Positions 9,211 to 16,976 of a stretch of 64,000 bases of DNA are shown here, one piece after another. The position numbers and the translations under genes are program-made. How positions within the stretch are numbered: the stretch's first letter is position 1; every line of letters begins with the position of its first letter. The notes beneath the pieces were generated by a model. The model was given only the letters and a program-made list of their open reading frames with translations. It did not search any database and was not told where the DNA came from. Origin of the DNA: an uncultured Anaerolineaceae bacterium (GTDB lineage: Bacteria; Chloroflexota; Dehalococcoidia; Tepidiformales; Tepidiformaceae); contig CAZWBW010000001.1 of the NCBI GenBank assembly GCA_964632355.1, positions 21,973 through 85,972 on the forward strand, read 5' to 3'.

Positions 9211-10056
9211 GTGATCATCGACGCCCACACGCACGCGTTTCATCCCGCCCAGGTTCGCCGCCGCGAGCACCTGGTTTCTCGCGACCCCACCTTCCGGGAG
9301 ATGTACGCGGACCCAAAGGCGAAGATGGCGACAGTACCCGAAGTACTCGCCGCCATGGACCGTGCGGGCGTCGATTGTGCCGTCGTCGCCGGGTTCGCCT
9401 TCGCCCGCGACTGTGATCTTCGCGCACAGAACCTGCACATCCTCGATGCCGCTCGCCAACATCCCGGCCGCATCATCCCGATCCTGTCGTTGAATCTCGC
9501 TTCGCCCACCTGGAAGGACCACGCCTATGAAGCCATCGACGACGGTGCACGCGGCTTCGGCGAGCTCCGTCCGCACAACCAGGGCTGGGACCCGCTGGGC
9601 GATGCCGCGCACGAACTCTGCCGCATCGCCGCCGAGCACCATCTCGTGCTCATGTGGCACGTCAGCGAGCCGGTCGGCCACGCCTATCCGGGGAAGCACG
9701 GCGGCATCACCCCGGCCGAACTGTGTGAGCTTGCCACCGCCCACCAGCAGACGAAGATGATCGCTGCACACCTCGGTGGCGGCCTCCCGTTCTACGTTCA
9801 GATGCCGGAAGTACGGGCAGCGTTAGGAAACGTTTGGTACGACACAGCGGCCGCTTCCTTGCTGTATGATGAAGGCACAGTAGCGCGCCTCGTTGGTCTC
9901 GTCGGGGCCGACCGCGTGCTCTTTGGTTCGGATTTCCCGCTGCTTTCGCCCAAGCGCCAGTTAGAACGCCTTAGCGCCGAGCTCGAAAGCGACGTCGCGG
10001 CGTCGGTTTGTGGCGAATCTGCGCACAAATTGTTTTCGGATAGTAGACCGTCATGA
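9211..10056 (+). CDS. Amidohydrolase-family (TIM-barrel metal-dependent hydrolase) protein
   Basis: The gene has a GTG start. The N-terminus IIDAHTHAF carries the metal-binding HxH. The stop overlaps the next gene (ATGA). Confidence 0.8.
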   Translation: MIIDAHTHAFHPAQVRRREHLVSRDPTFREMYADPKAKMATVPEVLAAMDRAGVDCAVVAGFAFARDCDLRAQNLHILDAARQHPGRIIPILSLNLASPTWKDHAYEAIDDGARGFGELRPHNQGWDPLGDAAHELCRIAAEHHLVLMWHVSEPVGHAYPGKHGGITPAELCELATAHQQTKMIAAHLGGGLPFYVQMPEVRAALGNVWYDTAAASLLYDEGTVARLVGLVGADRVLFGSDFPLLSPKRQLERLSAELESDVAASVCGESAHKLFSDSRPS

Positions 10057-10661
10057 ATACCTCACCCGAACACGTCCGGCTGTTCGTCGCCTGCGAAGTC
10101 CCGGAGGATGTCAAAGAAGCCATCGGCAGCCTCATCAACGACATCCGCAGCCGTAGCGGCAATATGGTGCGATGGATTCGCCCCGAAAGCGTCCACGTCA
10201 CCCTCAAGTTCCTCGGTGAGGTACCGGTAAAGCAGCTCCCTGCCATCAAGCTCGCCATCCAGGAAGCCGTCGTCGGGCACGCCCCCTTCGAGCTCGAGTT
10301 CTCGAACATCGGCACCTTTGGCGGCCGCGAAGGCCTTCGCATCATGTGGGTGGGCGTCGCTGGCGACGTCCTGCGGCTCGAAGCCCTCGTCCGCGCGGTC
10401 AACGCCGCACTCGCTGTCGTTGGCTTCGAACCGGAACGGCGCCCGTTCCGCCCGCACCTGACCCTTGGCCGCGTTCGCGACGAAGTGGGTACCCGTCAGC
10501 GCGCCGAGATCGAGGTGGAGGTCGGCAAGACCGAGATCCCGCAGAGCTCCTGGCGCACCACGCACGTCTCGCTCATGCGCAGCCGGCTCACACCCCAGGG
10601 CGCCGTGTACGAGGTCCTCGCAACCTTCCCGCTGCGCGTCACGCAGCAGGTCCAGGCGTAA
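10053..10661 (+). CDS. thpR: RNA 2',3'-cyclic phosphodiesterase (2H phosphoesterase, ThpR/LigT)
   Basis: Two HxT/S motifs are present (HVTLKFLG and HLTLGRV). Length is 202 aa. Confidence 0.85.
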   Translation: MNTSPEHVRLFVACEVPEDVKEAIGSLINDIRSRSGNMVRWIRPESVHVTLKFLGEVPVKQLPAIKLAIQEAVVGHAPFELEFSNIGTFGGREGLRIMWVGVAGDVLRLEALVRAVNAALAVVGFEPERRPFRPHLTLGRVRDEVGTRQRAEIEVEVGKTEIPQSSWRTTHVSLMRSRLTPQGAVYEVLATFPLRVTQQVQA

Positions 10662-10686
10662 AGCCTCTTCGCGATTCGCATTCACC

Positions 10687-10718
10687 GGGGGCGTGCAACC
10701 GCGCGCCCTCGTTTTGCT
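10687..10718 (+). terminator. Imperfect hairpin plus T-tract after thpR
   Basis: GGGGGCGTGC-AACC-GCGCGCCCTC has 2 mismatches and is followed by GTTTTGCTT. It abuts the stop of the convergent S-component gene. Confidence 0.4.
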
Positions 10719-11542
10719 TACCGCAGTTCGAACGTAAAGCGGTCGCGGAAGCGCAGCAGTGCGCGGAGGAGTGGCGCGCCAAGGAACCCGATCACCAGCG
10801 CGTTACACAGGCTTCGCAGCAGGTCCCATCCGAAGCTGGTGAGCAGGTAGTAGTTCCAGTAGCGGCGCAACGTCTCGCCGAAGCCGAGCCCCGGTTCGTA
10901 CGTGATATCGGGGCCGCCCACCCAGAACGGCCAGCTCCACACGTTCGTGATCGCCCCGAAGAGCAGGCCCCACACGGCGCCGAACACCACCAGCAGCGCC
11001 ACTTCGCCCCGGATTCGCAGCCCCATGTGCACGGCCAGCGGGCGCAGGATGCCCGCGTTCATGCCCATCCAGCCGCTTGCGAACATCTGGAATGGGAGCC
11101 ACGGCCCCATCCCGCCGGTCACGACGGCGCTCAGGAAGAACGAGAGCGCGCCGAGCAGGAAGCCCATGCGTGCGCCGAACGCGTAGCTCCCGAGGATGAC
11201 GAGGAAGAAGTAGAGGTTCGCGCCCGCCGGCAGCGTGATCGTCCGCAGGACCGCCGCGAATGCGGAAAGCACGCCGAGCGCCGCCAGTGACTTGCTGTTC
11301 AGTCCGCCGTTCGTCATCTCCGCGACGAGCAGCACCATGCACAGCGTCGCCACCCCCGCGAACACGAGCGGCGCGTCGGTGTTGTGCTCGAACCACCGCG
11401 AATCCGGCCGCGTGACGTCAGACGCGACGAACGGGTGCAGGTACGCAATGAGCCCGAGCAGGTTCAGCGCGACCAGCGTTACGTCGTTGAGTGACATCCG
11501 GGGGAGCCGCAGTGCCGCCGGTACGGGCTGGCTAACCGCCAT
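10718..11542 (-). CDS. ECF-transporter S-component-like multi-pass membrane protein (last gene of the riboswitch operon)
   Basis: About 274 aa counting from the ATG at 11542 (MAVSQP...), which overlaps the upstream gene by 11 nt. The protein is highly hydrophobic with at least 6 TM segments and a GGMGPWLPFQMFASGW motif. The operon context includes EcfT and EcfA-A'. The substrate family cannot be identified by eye. Confidence 0.6.
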   Translation of the reverse strand: MAVSQPVPAALRLPRMSLNDVTLVALNLLGLIAYLHPFVASDVTRPDSRWFEHNTDAPLVFAGVATLCMVLLVAEMTNGGLNSKSLAALGVLSAFAAVLRTITLPAGANLYFFLVILGSYAFGARMGFLLGALSFFLSAVVTGGMGPWLPFQMFASGWMGMNAGILRPLAVHMGLRIRGEVALLVVFGAVWGLLFGAITNVWSWPFWVGGPDITYEPGLGFGETLRRYWNYYLLTSFGWDLLRSLCNALVIGFLGAPLLRALLRFRDRFTFELR

Positions 11543-12197
11543 GACGCCGCCTCCAGGCCACAGCTCCCGCTGTCGCCACCACGAGCACACCCGCGACTGC
11601 CCCGAACGCGATGAGCGGCCCCGTATCCGTCCCCGAGTCGCCACCGTTGACCGCCTCGTCGATGTCGACCACCGCTGTCGTCGGCGCTCCACCGGGAGCC
11701 GCGCTCCGCTGCCCGGGCGGGTGGCCGCACACTTCTTCGAACGTCATATCGACCGGTGCCGGTGCGCTGTTCGGCCCGCCTTCGCCCCACTTGTACGCGT
11801 GCATGTCGCCGTCGCGCAGTCTCGCGTCGTTGAATGCGATCGGGGAGTACGTCCAGCGGTCCTCGCCGTATGGCCGAACGAAGAACGCCCAGTACGTGCA
11901 GTTCGGGCCGCCGGGGCACTGGCAGAAACACTGGCTCATCGAACCGGCGTCGAAGCACCCGATGTCGTCGATCGCGCACAGCGCACGCGATGCCCCGCCG
12001 AACTGCTCGAACGTGTGTCCCGCCGCCCGCAGCGCCTCTTCCCCGGTAATGCTGTCGCCTTCGAACGCGACGCAGTGCGTCTCGATCTCGTCGCCGATCT
12101 GAATGACGATGCCCGCCTCGCCGTCGGCCAGCGCCGCCATTGGGACCAGCCCCGCCAGCATTGCAACGACGGCCGCAGCAATCCGCGCAGCCCTCAT
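11532..12197 (-). CDS. Secreted, C-terminally membrane-anchored Cys-rich protein, DUF4430-like (transcobalamin beta-domain-like)
   Basis: It has a signal peptide (MRAARIAAAVVAMLAGLVPMAALA). The core shows the pattern ITGEEALRAAG...YWAFFV...ARLRDGDMHAYKWG, which resembles DUF4430. There is a six-Cys insert. The C-terminus has a TM helix plus RRRHGG. The start overlaps the ATPase stop by 4 nt. Confidence 0.55.
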   Translation of the reverse strand: MRAARIAAAVVAMLAGLVPMAALADGEAGIVIQIGDEIETHCVAFEGDSITGEEALRAAGHTFEQFGGASRALCAIDDIGCFDAGSMSQCFCQCPGGPNCTYWAFFVRPYGEDRWTYSPIAFNDARLRDGDMHAYKWGEGGPNSAPAPVDMTFEEVCGHPPGQRSAAPGGAPTTAVVDIDEAVNGGDSGTDTGPLIAFGAVAGVLVVATAGAVAWRRRHGG

Positions 12198-13765
12198 ACC
12201 ACGTCCTCCACCAGCATCGCTCCCGGCACGGTGTGCGCGATCTGCGTCGGTCGCGGCCCGCTCGTTCCGAGCGCCTGCCGCACCGGCAGGTCGAACTCGA
12301 CCCGGCCTCCGTCCAGTCCGATGACCCGGGTTGCGAACCGGGCCGCCGCTTCGATGTCATGGGTCGCGACCAGCGCCGCGCCGCCGTCCTCCGCGTGCGC
12401 GCGAAGCCGTTCGCTGAGCGCGAGCTTCGCCGGCCCGTCCATGCCGCGCGTGGGTTCGTCCATCAGCCACACGCGCGGTTCGTGCGCCAGCATCGCGGCC
12501 ATCGCCACGCGCTGCTGCTGCCCGACGCTCAGGTCGCGGGGGTTCCGGTCGGCCAGTTCCGAAACTGCCCACGCGTCGAGCACGCTCGCGGCCTCCGGCG
12601 CCATCCGCCGATGCCGTAGCGTCTCCCGGATCTCGTCGCACACCGTGTCGCGGTACAGCGCGATGGCCGGGTCCTGCGGCACGAGCCCCGCGACCGCTGT
12701 TCGCGCCTGCACCGAGCCGTTCGCCGCCTGTCCGGCGAGGAACACGGTCCCCGCAGCCGGTTGCACGAGTCCCGCGATCGCCCGGAACAGCGTCGACTTC
12801 CCGCTCCCGTTCCGCCCGATGAGCGCCACGATCTCGCCTTCGCGCAGCGAAACTTCCACCTCCTTCAGCGCGATCTGCTCCCCGTAGGCCACCGTCAGCC
12901 CCTCGACCCGGAGCAGTTCGTCGCCCGGCGATGGTGGGTCGTCCGACGCCTTCGCACGAAGCCCGCGGGCCGCGGCCACCTGTTGGCCCTCTTCGACGGT
13001 GAGCGGGAGGGGGTCGAACTCGAACCGCCGCCCGAGTTCGCACACGGGCGGAACCGCCACGAGACGCGCTCCCGCTTCCCGCGGGGTCATCGGCGTGGCG
13101 CGCCCATCCGCTACCTGCAGCACCGCATCGACGCGCGAAAGCAGACGTTCGAGCCGGTGCTCCGCGACGATGACCGTGATCCCGAGCTGTTCCCGCAGTG
13201 CCTCGATGGTGTCGAGTACCGAATTCGCGCCATCCGGGTCCAGCTGCGAGGTTGGCTCGTCGAGCAGCAGCACCTCCGGTTCGAGCGCGAGCACCGCCGC
13301 GATCGCCACCCGCTGCCGCTCCCCGCCCGAGAGCGTCGACAGCCGCCGGTAGCGCAGGTGGTCCACTCCAACGGCAGGCAGCAGCACGTCCAGGCGCCGC
13401 CACATCTCGGCCCGCCGCACGCCGTGCTGCTCCATCCCGAACGCGACTTCGTCTTCGACCGTGTCGGCGACGGCCTGCGCCTCGGGCTCCTGGAACACCA
13501 TGCCCGCGATGGTCGCGACCCGCCGCGCCGGGGTTCGTGTGGGATCGATGCCCGCGACGCGAACGTTCCCGGCGAGCGTGCCCCCGTGGAACTGCGGCAC
13601 CAGGCCGTTGAACAGCCGCAGCAGCGTCGACTTCCCCCCGGCGGATGGCCCCGCGAGCAGCGTCATGGAGCCCCGCTCGGCTTCGAACGAGACGTCGTCA
13701 AGCGCCGGCTGCCCTCGGCCCGGGTACGAGTACGTCACCCGTTCGAGCGAGGCGACGATGCTCAC
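12194..13765 (-). CDS. Fused ECF-transporter ATPase (EcfA-EcfA', two NBDs)
   Basis: There are two Walker A motifs (GPSAGGKST and GRNGSGKST), two signatures (LSGGERQ and LSVGQQQ) and two Walker B motifs (LLLDEPTS and WLMDEPTR). The GTG at 13765 overlaps the EcfT stop (GTGA). The ORF track extension to 14095 lies inside ecfT. Confidence 0.88.
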   Translation of the reverse strand: MSIVASLERVTYSYPGRGQPALDDVSFEAERGSMTLLAGPSAGGKSTLLRLFNGLVPQFHGGTLAGNVRVAGIDPTRTPARRVATIAGMVFQEPEAQAVADTVEDEVAFGMEQHGVRRAEMWRRLDVLLPAVGVDHLRYRRLSTLSGGERQRVAIAAVLALEPEVLLLDEPTSQLDPDGANSVLDTIEALREQLGITVIVAEHRLERLLSRVDAVLQVADGRATPMTPREAGARLVAVPPVCELGRRFEFDPLPLTVEEGQQVAAARGLRAKASDDPPSPGDELLRVEGLTVAYGEQIALKEVEVSLREGEIVALIGRNGSGKSTLFRAIAGLVQPAAGTVFLAGQAANGSVQARTAVAGLVPQDPAIALYRDTVCDEIRETLRHRRMAPEAASVLDAWAVSELADRNPRDLSVGQQQRVAMAAMLAHEPRVWLMDEPTRGMDGPAKLALSERLRAHAEDGGAALVATHDIEAAARFATRVIGLDGGRVEFDLPVRQALGTSGPRPTQIAHTVPGAMLVEDVV

Positions 13766-14862
13766 GGCCGCACCTCCGGTCCGGGCCGAACGGTCGCGGC
13801 GACTGCCGGGGCTTCGGCGTCCACACGTGCCGGTGGACTGAACGCGAGCCGCAGCGCTGGCCACGCAGGCGTCAGCGCCACCAGCGCGCCGGTGATTTCG
13901 AATGACGGCATCGGCAAGCCGGCGAACGGGTTGTATCCCATGTCGAGCCACGCCCCGACGGGCCCGCCAACAGCGGCCACAGCCAGCACTACCGACCCGG
14001 CAATGAGCACACGGTCGACCAGCGGCATCGGTTCGTCGCGGAGGCGGGTGGTCTGGCGTGCGCGCCCGGCGCTCCACGACCAGTAGGCGAGGCACCCCAC
14101 CGCCACCGCGGCCGCGATCACCGCCGGGACGCGAAGCGGCGCGTAGTAGAACCAGCCCACAGCGGCGAAAAGGAGCAGCGGCACCGCCGCCGAGCCGATC
14201 AGCCGCGACGCCCGCGACGCCGGGGGAGACGCTGCGTAGCCCCGTGCTTCCATCGCTTCCGCCAGCCGCATCGATCGTTCGAGTCCGCCGATGACCGACG
14301 GCACAACGAGTGCGGGAATCTGCCGGAACCCGCCCGGCGCGCCGCGCAGCGCGCGCATCTCACGGATGCGCCGCAGGTCCTCGATGCTCGAAGGGAGCAG
14401 CGTCAGCCCGATCGAGACGACGAGGCTGGCGTGGAAGAGCGCCGCCGGCGCGCTTCGAAGCAACTGGTGCGGAGTGACCGCACCGTTGAACACACCGAAC
14501 GCGAGCAGCACGCACAGGATCGCCAGCCCGCGGATCGAGGCGGCCACCAGCCCCTCGGCACTCACCGGCCCGCCCAGCCGGAGGCCGCCCAGCCACTCCG
14601 GCACCTCCGGCCCCGGGATCGTGAACAGGATGTGGTCGCCGTAGTTCCCGTTGATCGTCGCAATGACCAGCGACACCGCGAACATAATCACGCCGAAGAT
14701 CAGCAGCGTCCGGAACCCGGCCACCGCCGTCGAGGTGCGCGGCGCCATTGCCGCCACCAGGAACACGCAGAGCAGGATGATCGCGAGGTAGAACGGGTTG
14801 GAGGTGGACAGCGCCAGCACTCCAACCATCAACACCCACGCGCACCACGCTCCGGTTGTCAT
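13762..14862 (-). CDS. ECF-transporter transmembrane (T) component, CbiQ/EcfT family
   Basis: A 366-aa polytopic membrane protein. It carries the Arg-containing coupling-helix region (RRIREMRALRGA...ERSMRLAEAMEARG) typical of CbiQ/EcfT. Confidence 0.8.
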   Translation of the reverse strand: MTTGAWCAWVLMVGVLALSTSNPFYLAIILLCVFLVAAMAPRTSTAVAGFRTLLIFGVIMFAVSLVIATINGNYGDHILFTIPGPEVPEWLGGLRLGGPVSAEGLVAASIRGLAILCVLLAFGVFNGAVTPHQLLRSAPAALFHASLVVSIGLTLLPSSIEDLRRIREMRALRGAPGGFRQIPALVVPSVIGGLERSMRLAEAMEARGYAASPPASRASRLIGSAAVPLLLFAAVGWFYYAPLRVPAVIAAAVAVGCLAYWSWSAGRARQTTRLRDEPMPLVDRVLIAGSVVLAVAAVGGPVGAWLDMGYNPFAGLPMPSFEITGALVALTPAWPALRLAFSPPARVDAEAPAVAATVRPGPEVRP

Positions 14863-14874
14863 CGCTGTGCTCGC

Positions 14875-15975
14875 TTACCGCCGCATCCGCAGGATGCCGA
14901 ACCCGCCGCCCACAACCACGACGACAACGGCCACGCCGCCCAGGATCCACGGCAACGCGCTGTCCGAATCGTCCGTGGAGTCCGTGTCAGCGCCCCCGGT
15001 GCTCTCGGGTGCGTCGTCGCCCGGTGCTCCCTCGCTCGACCTCGCGTCGGGAGTGTCATCGGCCGGCGCGGCAATCGCGGTCTCCGCCGAGTCGCAAAGC
15101 GTGCGGCCGGCCAGAGCCGGTACCACCTGCATCGCCGCATAGGCCGGGTCGAATCCCGCGAACGACCCGTCCGGTTGCTGCTGCGACAGCAGGAAATCGA
15201 CCGGCGTCTGATCGCCCTTCGTGTACGGGTCGGCCTCCGGGTTCTCGCCGGCCGCAATCAGCGCCTGCACCACGTATGAAGTCGAGGACGCGTTCGACGT
15301 GTCGTCGCCGGGGAATCCCCAGCCGCCATCCTCGCCCTGCGTGCCACGGAAGTACTCGACGGTCTCGGCCACATCCGGGTCGTTCGCCGGCACGCCGGCC
15401 GCGAGCATCGCCTGCACGACCACGGCCGTGGTGTCCGGGTCGCTCGCCCCTTCGTACCCCCAGCCGCCGTCGTCGAGCTGGGCCTCGCGAAGGACCGTCA
15501 CGGCCGTTTCTGGCACGTCGTTCCCCGTGCACGCGAGCCCAATGACGACGACTGCGTGGCTGAAGTCGTCCGGCGCGTATCGTCCCGTCGCGTCGTCGAA
15601 TGCGTCGGTCATCGCCGCGACGAAGTCCGTTCCGCCAGTCGACCTGGGGTCGAGATCGAGCGCCTTCGCAGCCAGGGCTGCCTTCGCTGCCAGCGCCGGG
15701 CTCTCGGCTGCGACCGCCGCGGCCTGGGCTTCGAGATAGTCAGCCGGGTTCGTCCCGGCGTTCGCAACCTCCGACGGGTCACGGCCCGCCGCTCGGATAG
15801 CAAGAATCGCGTCAAACGTCTGCCCGGGACCGAACCCACCGAACCCGCCGTCGGGTTCCTGCGTCGAGATGATGAACTCGACCGCGCTGTCGATGGACTC
15901 ATCGGGACCCTGGGCAATCGCAACCACTGACCACAGGGCAGAAAGCCCCGCGGCGAGGAGAAGTAGCGCGCGCAT
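14875..15975 (-). CDS. Cell-surface protein of prenyltransferase/squalene-cyclase repeats (alpha/alpha toroid), C-terminally anchored
   Basis: The ATG at 15975 has AGGAG 5 nt upstream. There is a signal peptide (MRALLLLAAGLSALWSVVAIAQG). The repeats are QEPDGGFGG, QLDDGGWGY, QGEDGGWGF and QQPDGSFAG. An acidic linker is followed by a TM helix and LRMRR. Confidence 0.75.
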   Translation of the reverse strand: MRALLLLAAGLSALWSVVAIAQGPDESIDSAVEFIISTQEPDGGFGGFGPGQTFDAILAIRAAGRDPSEVANAGTNPADYLEAQAAAVAAESPALAAKAALAAKALDLDPRSTGGTDFVAAMTDAFDDATGRYAPDDFSHAVVVIGLACTGNDVPETAVTVLREAQLDDGGWGYEGASDPDTTAVVVQAMLAAGVPANDPDVAETVEYFRGTQGEDGGWGFPGDDTSNASSTSYVVQALIAAGENPEADPYTKGDQTPVDFLLSQQQPDGSFAGFDPAYAAMQVVPALAGRTLCDSAETAIAAPADDTPDARSSEGAPGDDAPESTGGADTDSTDDSDSALPWILGGVAVVVVVVGGGFGILRMRR

Positions 15976-16038
15976 GGAAACTCCTGGGGAAATGAGCAGG
16001 CCTGCATGTCGGCCTGCGGGCGGATGGGGGATCAAGAA

Positions 16039-16060
16039 AGCCCGCCTTGGAGGGCGGGCT
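16039..16060 (-). terminator. Riboswitch expression-platform terminator hairpin
   Basis: On the minus strand, AGCCCGCC-CTCCAA-GGCGGGCT is followed by TTCTTGAT. It lies between the aptamer and the operon start codon. Confidence 0.5.
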
Positions 16061-16121
16061 GGTTACGTGGATCGGGTGATCATCGTTTCCGGCCCCTTTC
16101 TCTCGAAGGTTTACGGAACTC

Positions 16122-16216
16122 TGAGCAGATGGACGGGTAACCTGGCTCCGCCCCGGAGGGCGATACAGTTGCGGGACAGCGCCGGCCTCTCACCGGCTTC
16201 CCCCGTCAGCTCCCGC
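16122..16216 (-). promoter_or_regulatory. Cobalamin (B12) riboswitch aptamer
   Basis: The minus strand reads GGGAGCUGACGGGGGAAGCCGGUGAGAGGCCGGCGCUGUCCCGCAACUGUAUCGCCCUCCGGGGCGGAGCCAGGUUACCCGUCCAUCUGCUC. It contains the conserved core GGGAA..CGGUGA....CCG.CGCUG.CCCGCAACUGUA. It also has a B12-box-like GAGCCAGGUUACCCGUC that can pair with the 5' GACGGGG. Confidence 0.8.
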
Positions 16217-16301
16217 GCGCGTGGCGCGGGACATCTGCGTATTCAGTTGTCCAAGCGAACAATGCCGCCTGCACGCGCTTCCGGTCAAGCCTCGGCAAGG
16301 T

Positions 16302-16859
16302 TTACCGTTCGGCCCACCGGAGAACGAAGCTCCCTTCACGGTCGATCGCGGTGATTCCCACGGTGGCAGGCCCGCCGTCGTGTTCGAACACCACGCGAAG
16401 AAAGTTCCGAACGTCGACGTCCGGCTCCCGCCGGATCTCGGCTCCGTTGACGAACACCACCACTTCGCAGTCCCGCTCGAGTGTGAACCCATACCGGCCC
16501 GGCGGCAGGTCAAACTGGGCCTCCGCATACAGGTGCCAGGCGTCGTCGGTGAGCGTCGGGAGCGGGGCACCGTCCGTCTCGATGTCGAGCGCGGCGAGTT
16601 GGTCGGCGCCGTACTCGGTCCCGGCTCCTGGTTCGCCGGACAGGTACCGGATCGTCCAGCCGCGCGGTGGCGGGAGTTCGGTGGTGCGAATGGGAGTCGG
16701 GCTCTCGGGTTCCTCCCGCGGTGGTACCGGTTGGCCGTGCGAAATCGGGCGCTGCACATTCGGCCGCCCGGCAGCAGGGTTGAAAAACGACAACGCGACC
16801 AGGAGGGCTACAAAAAGCGCACCAAGCCCCACCCATTCCCTGCGGCCCAACTCGTCCAT
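16302..16859 (-). CDS. Membrane-anchored protein with beta-sandwich (PA14-like?) ectodomain
   Basis: The N-terminal TM helix is WVGLGALFVALLVALSFF, followed by a Pro-rich linker and a roughly 120-aa beta-rich domain. I preferred the ATG at 16859 on third-position GC. The alternative GTG at 16970 lies 6 nt after the upstream stop. Confidence 0.45.
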   Translation of the reverse strand: MDELGRREWVGLGALFVALLVALSFFNPAAGRPNVQRPISHGQPVPPREEPESPTPIRTTELPPPRGWTIRYLSGEPGAGTEYGADQLAALDIETDGAPLPTLTDDAWHLYAEAQFDLPPGRYGFTLERDCEVVVFVNGAEIRREPDVDVRNFLRVVFEHDGGPATVGITAIDREGSFVLRWAER

Positions 16860-16976
16860 CTCGGGAAATGGTGGCTCGTATCTGGATGGTGAGGCAACTG
16901 GTGGGTTCAGACGGAGTGACGGGCGAGGGAACGGTCCCTCGCCCGTCCGATCCGGGCACCCACCACACACGACGGC

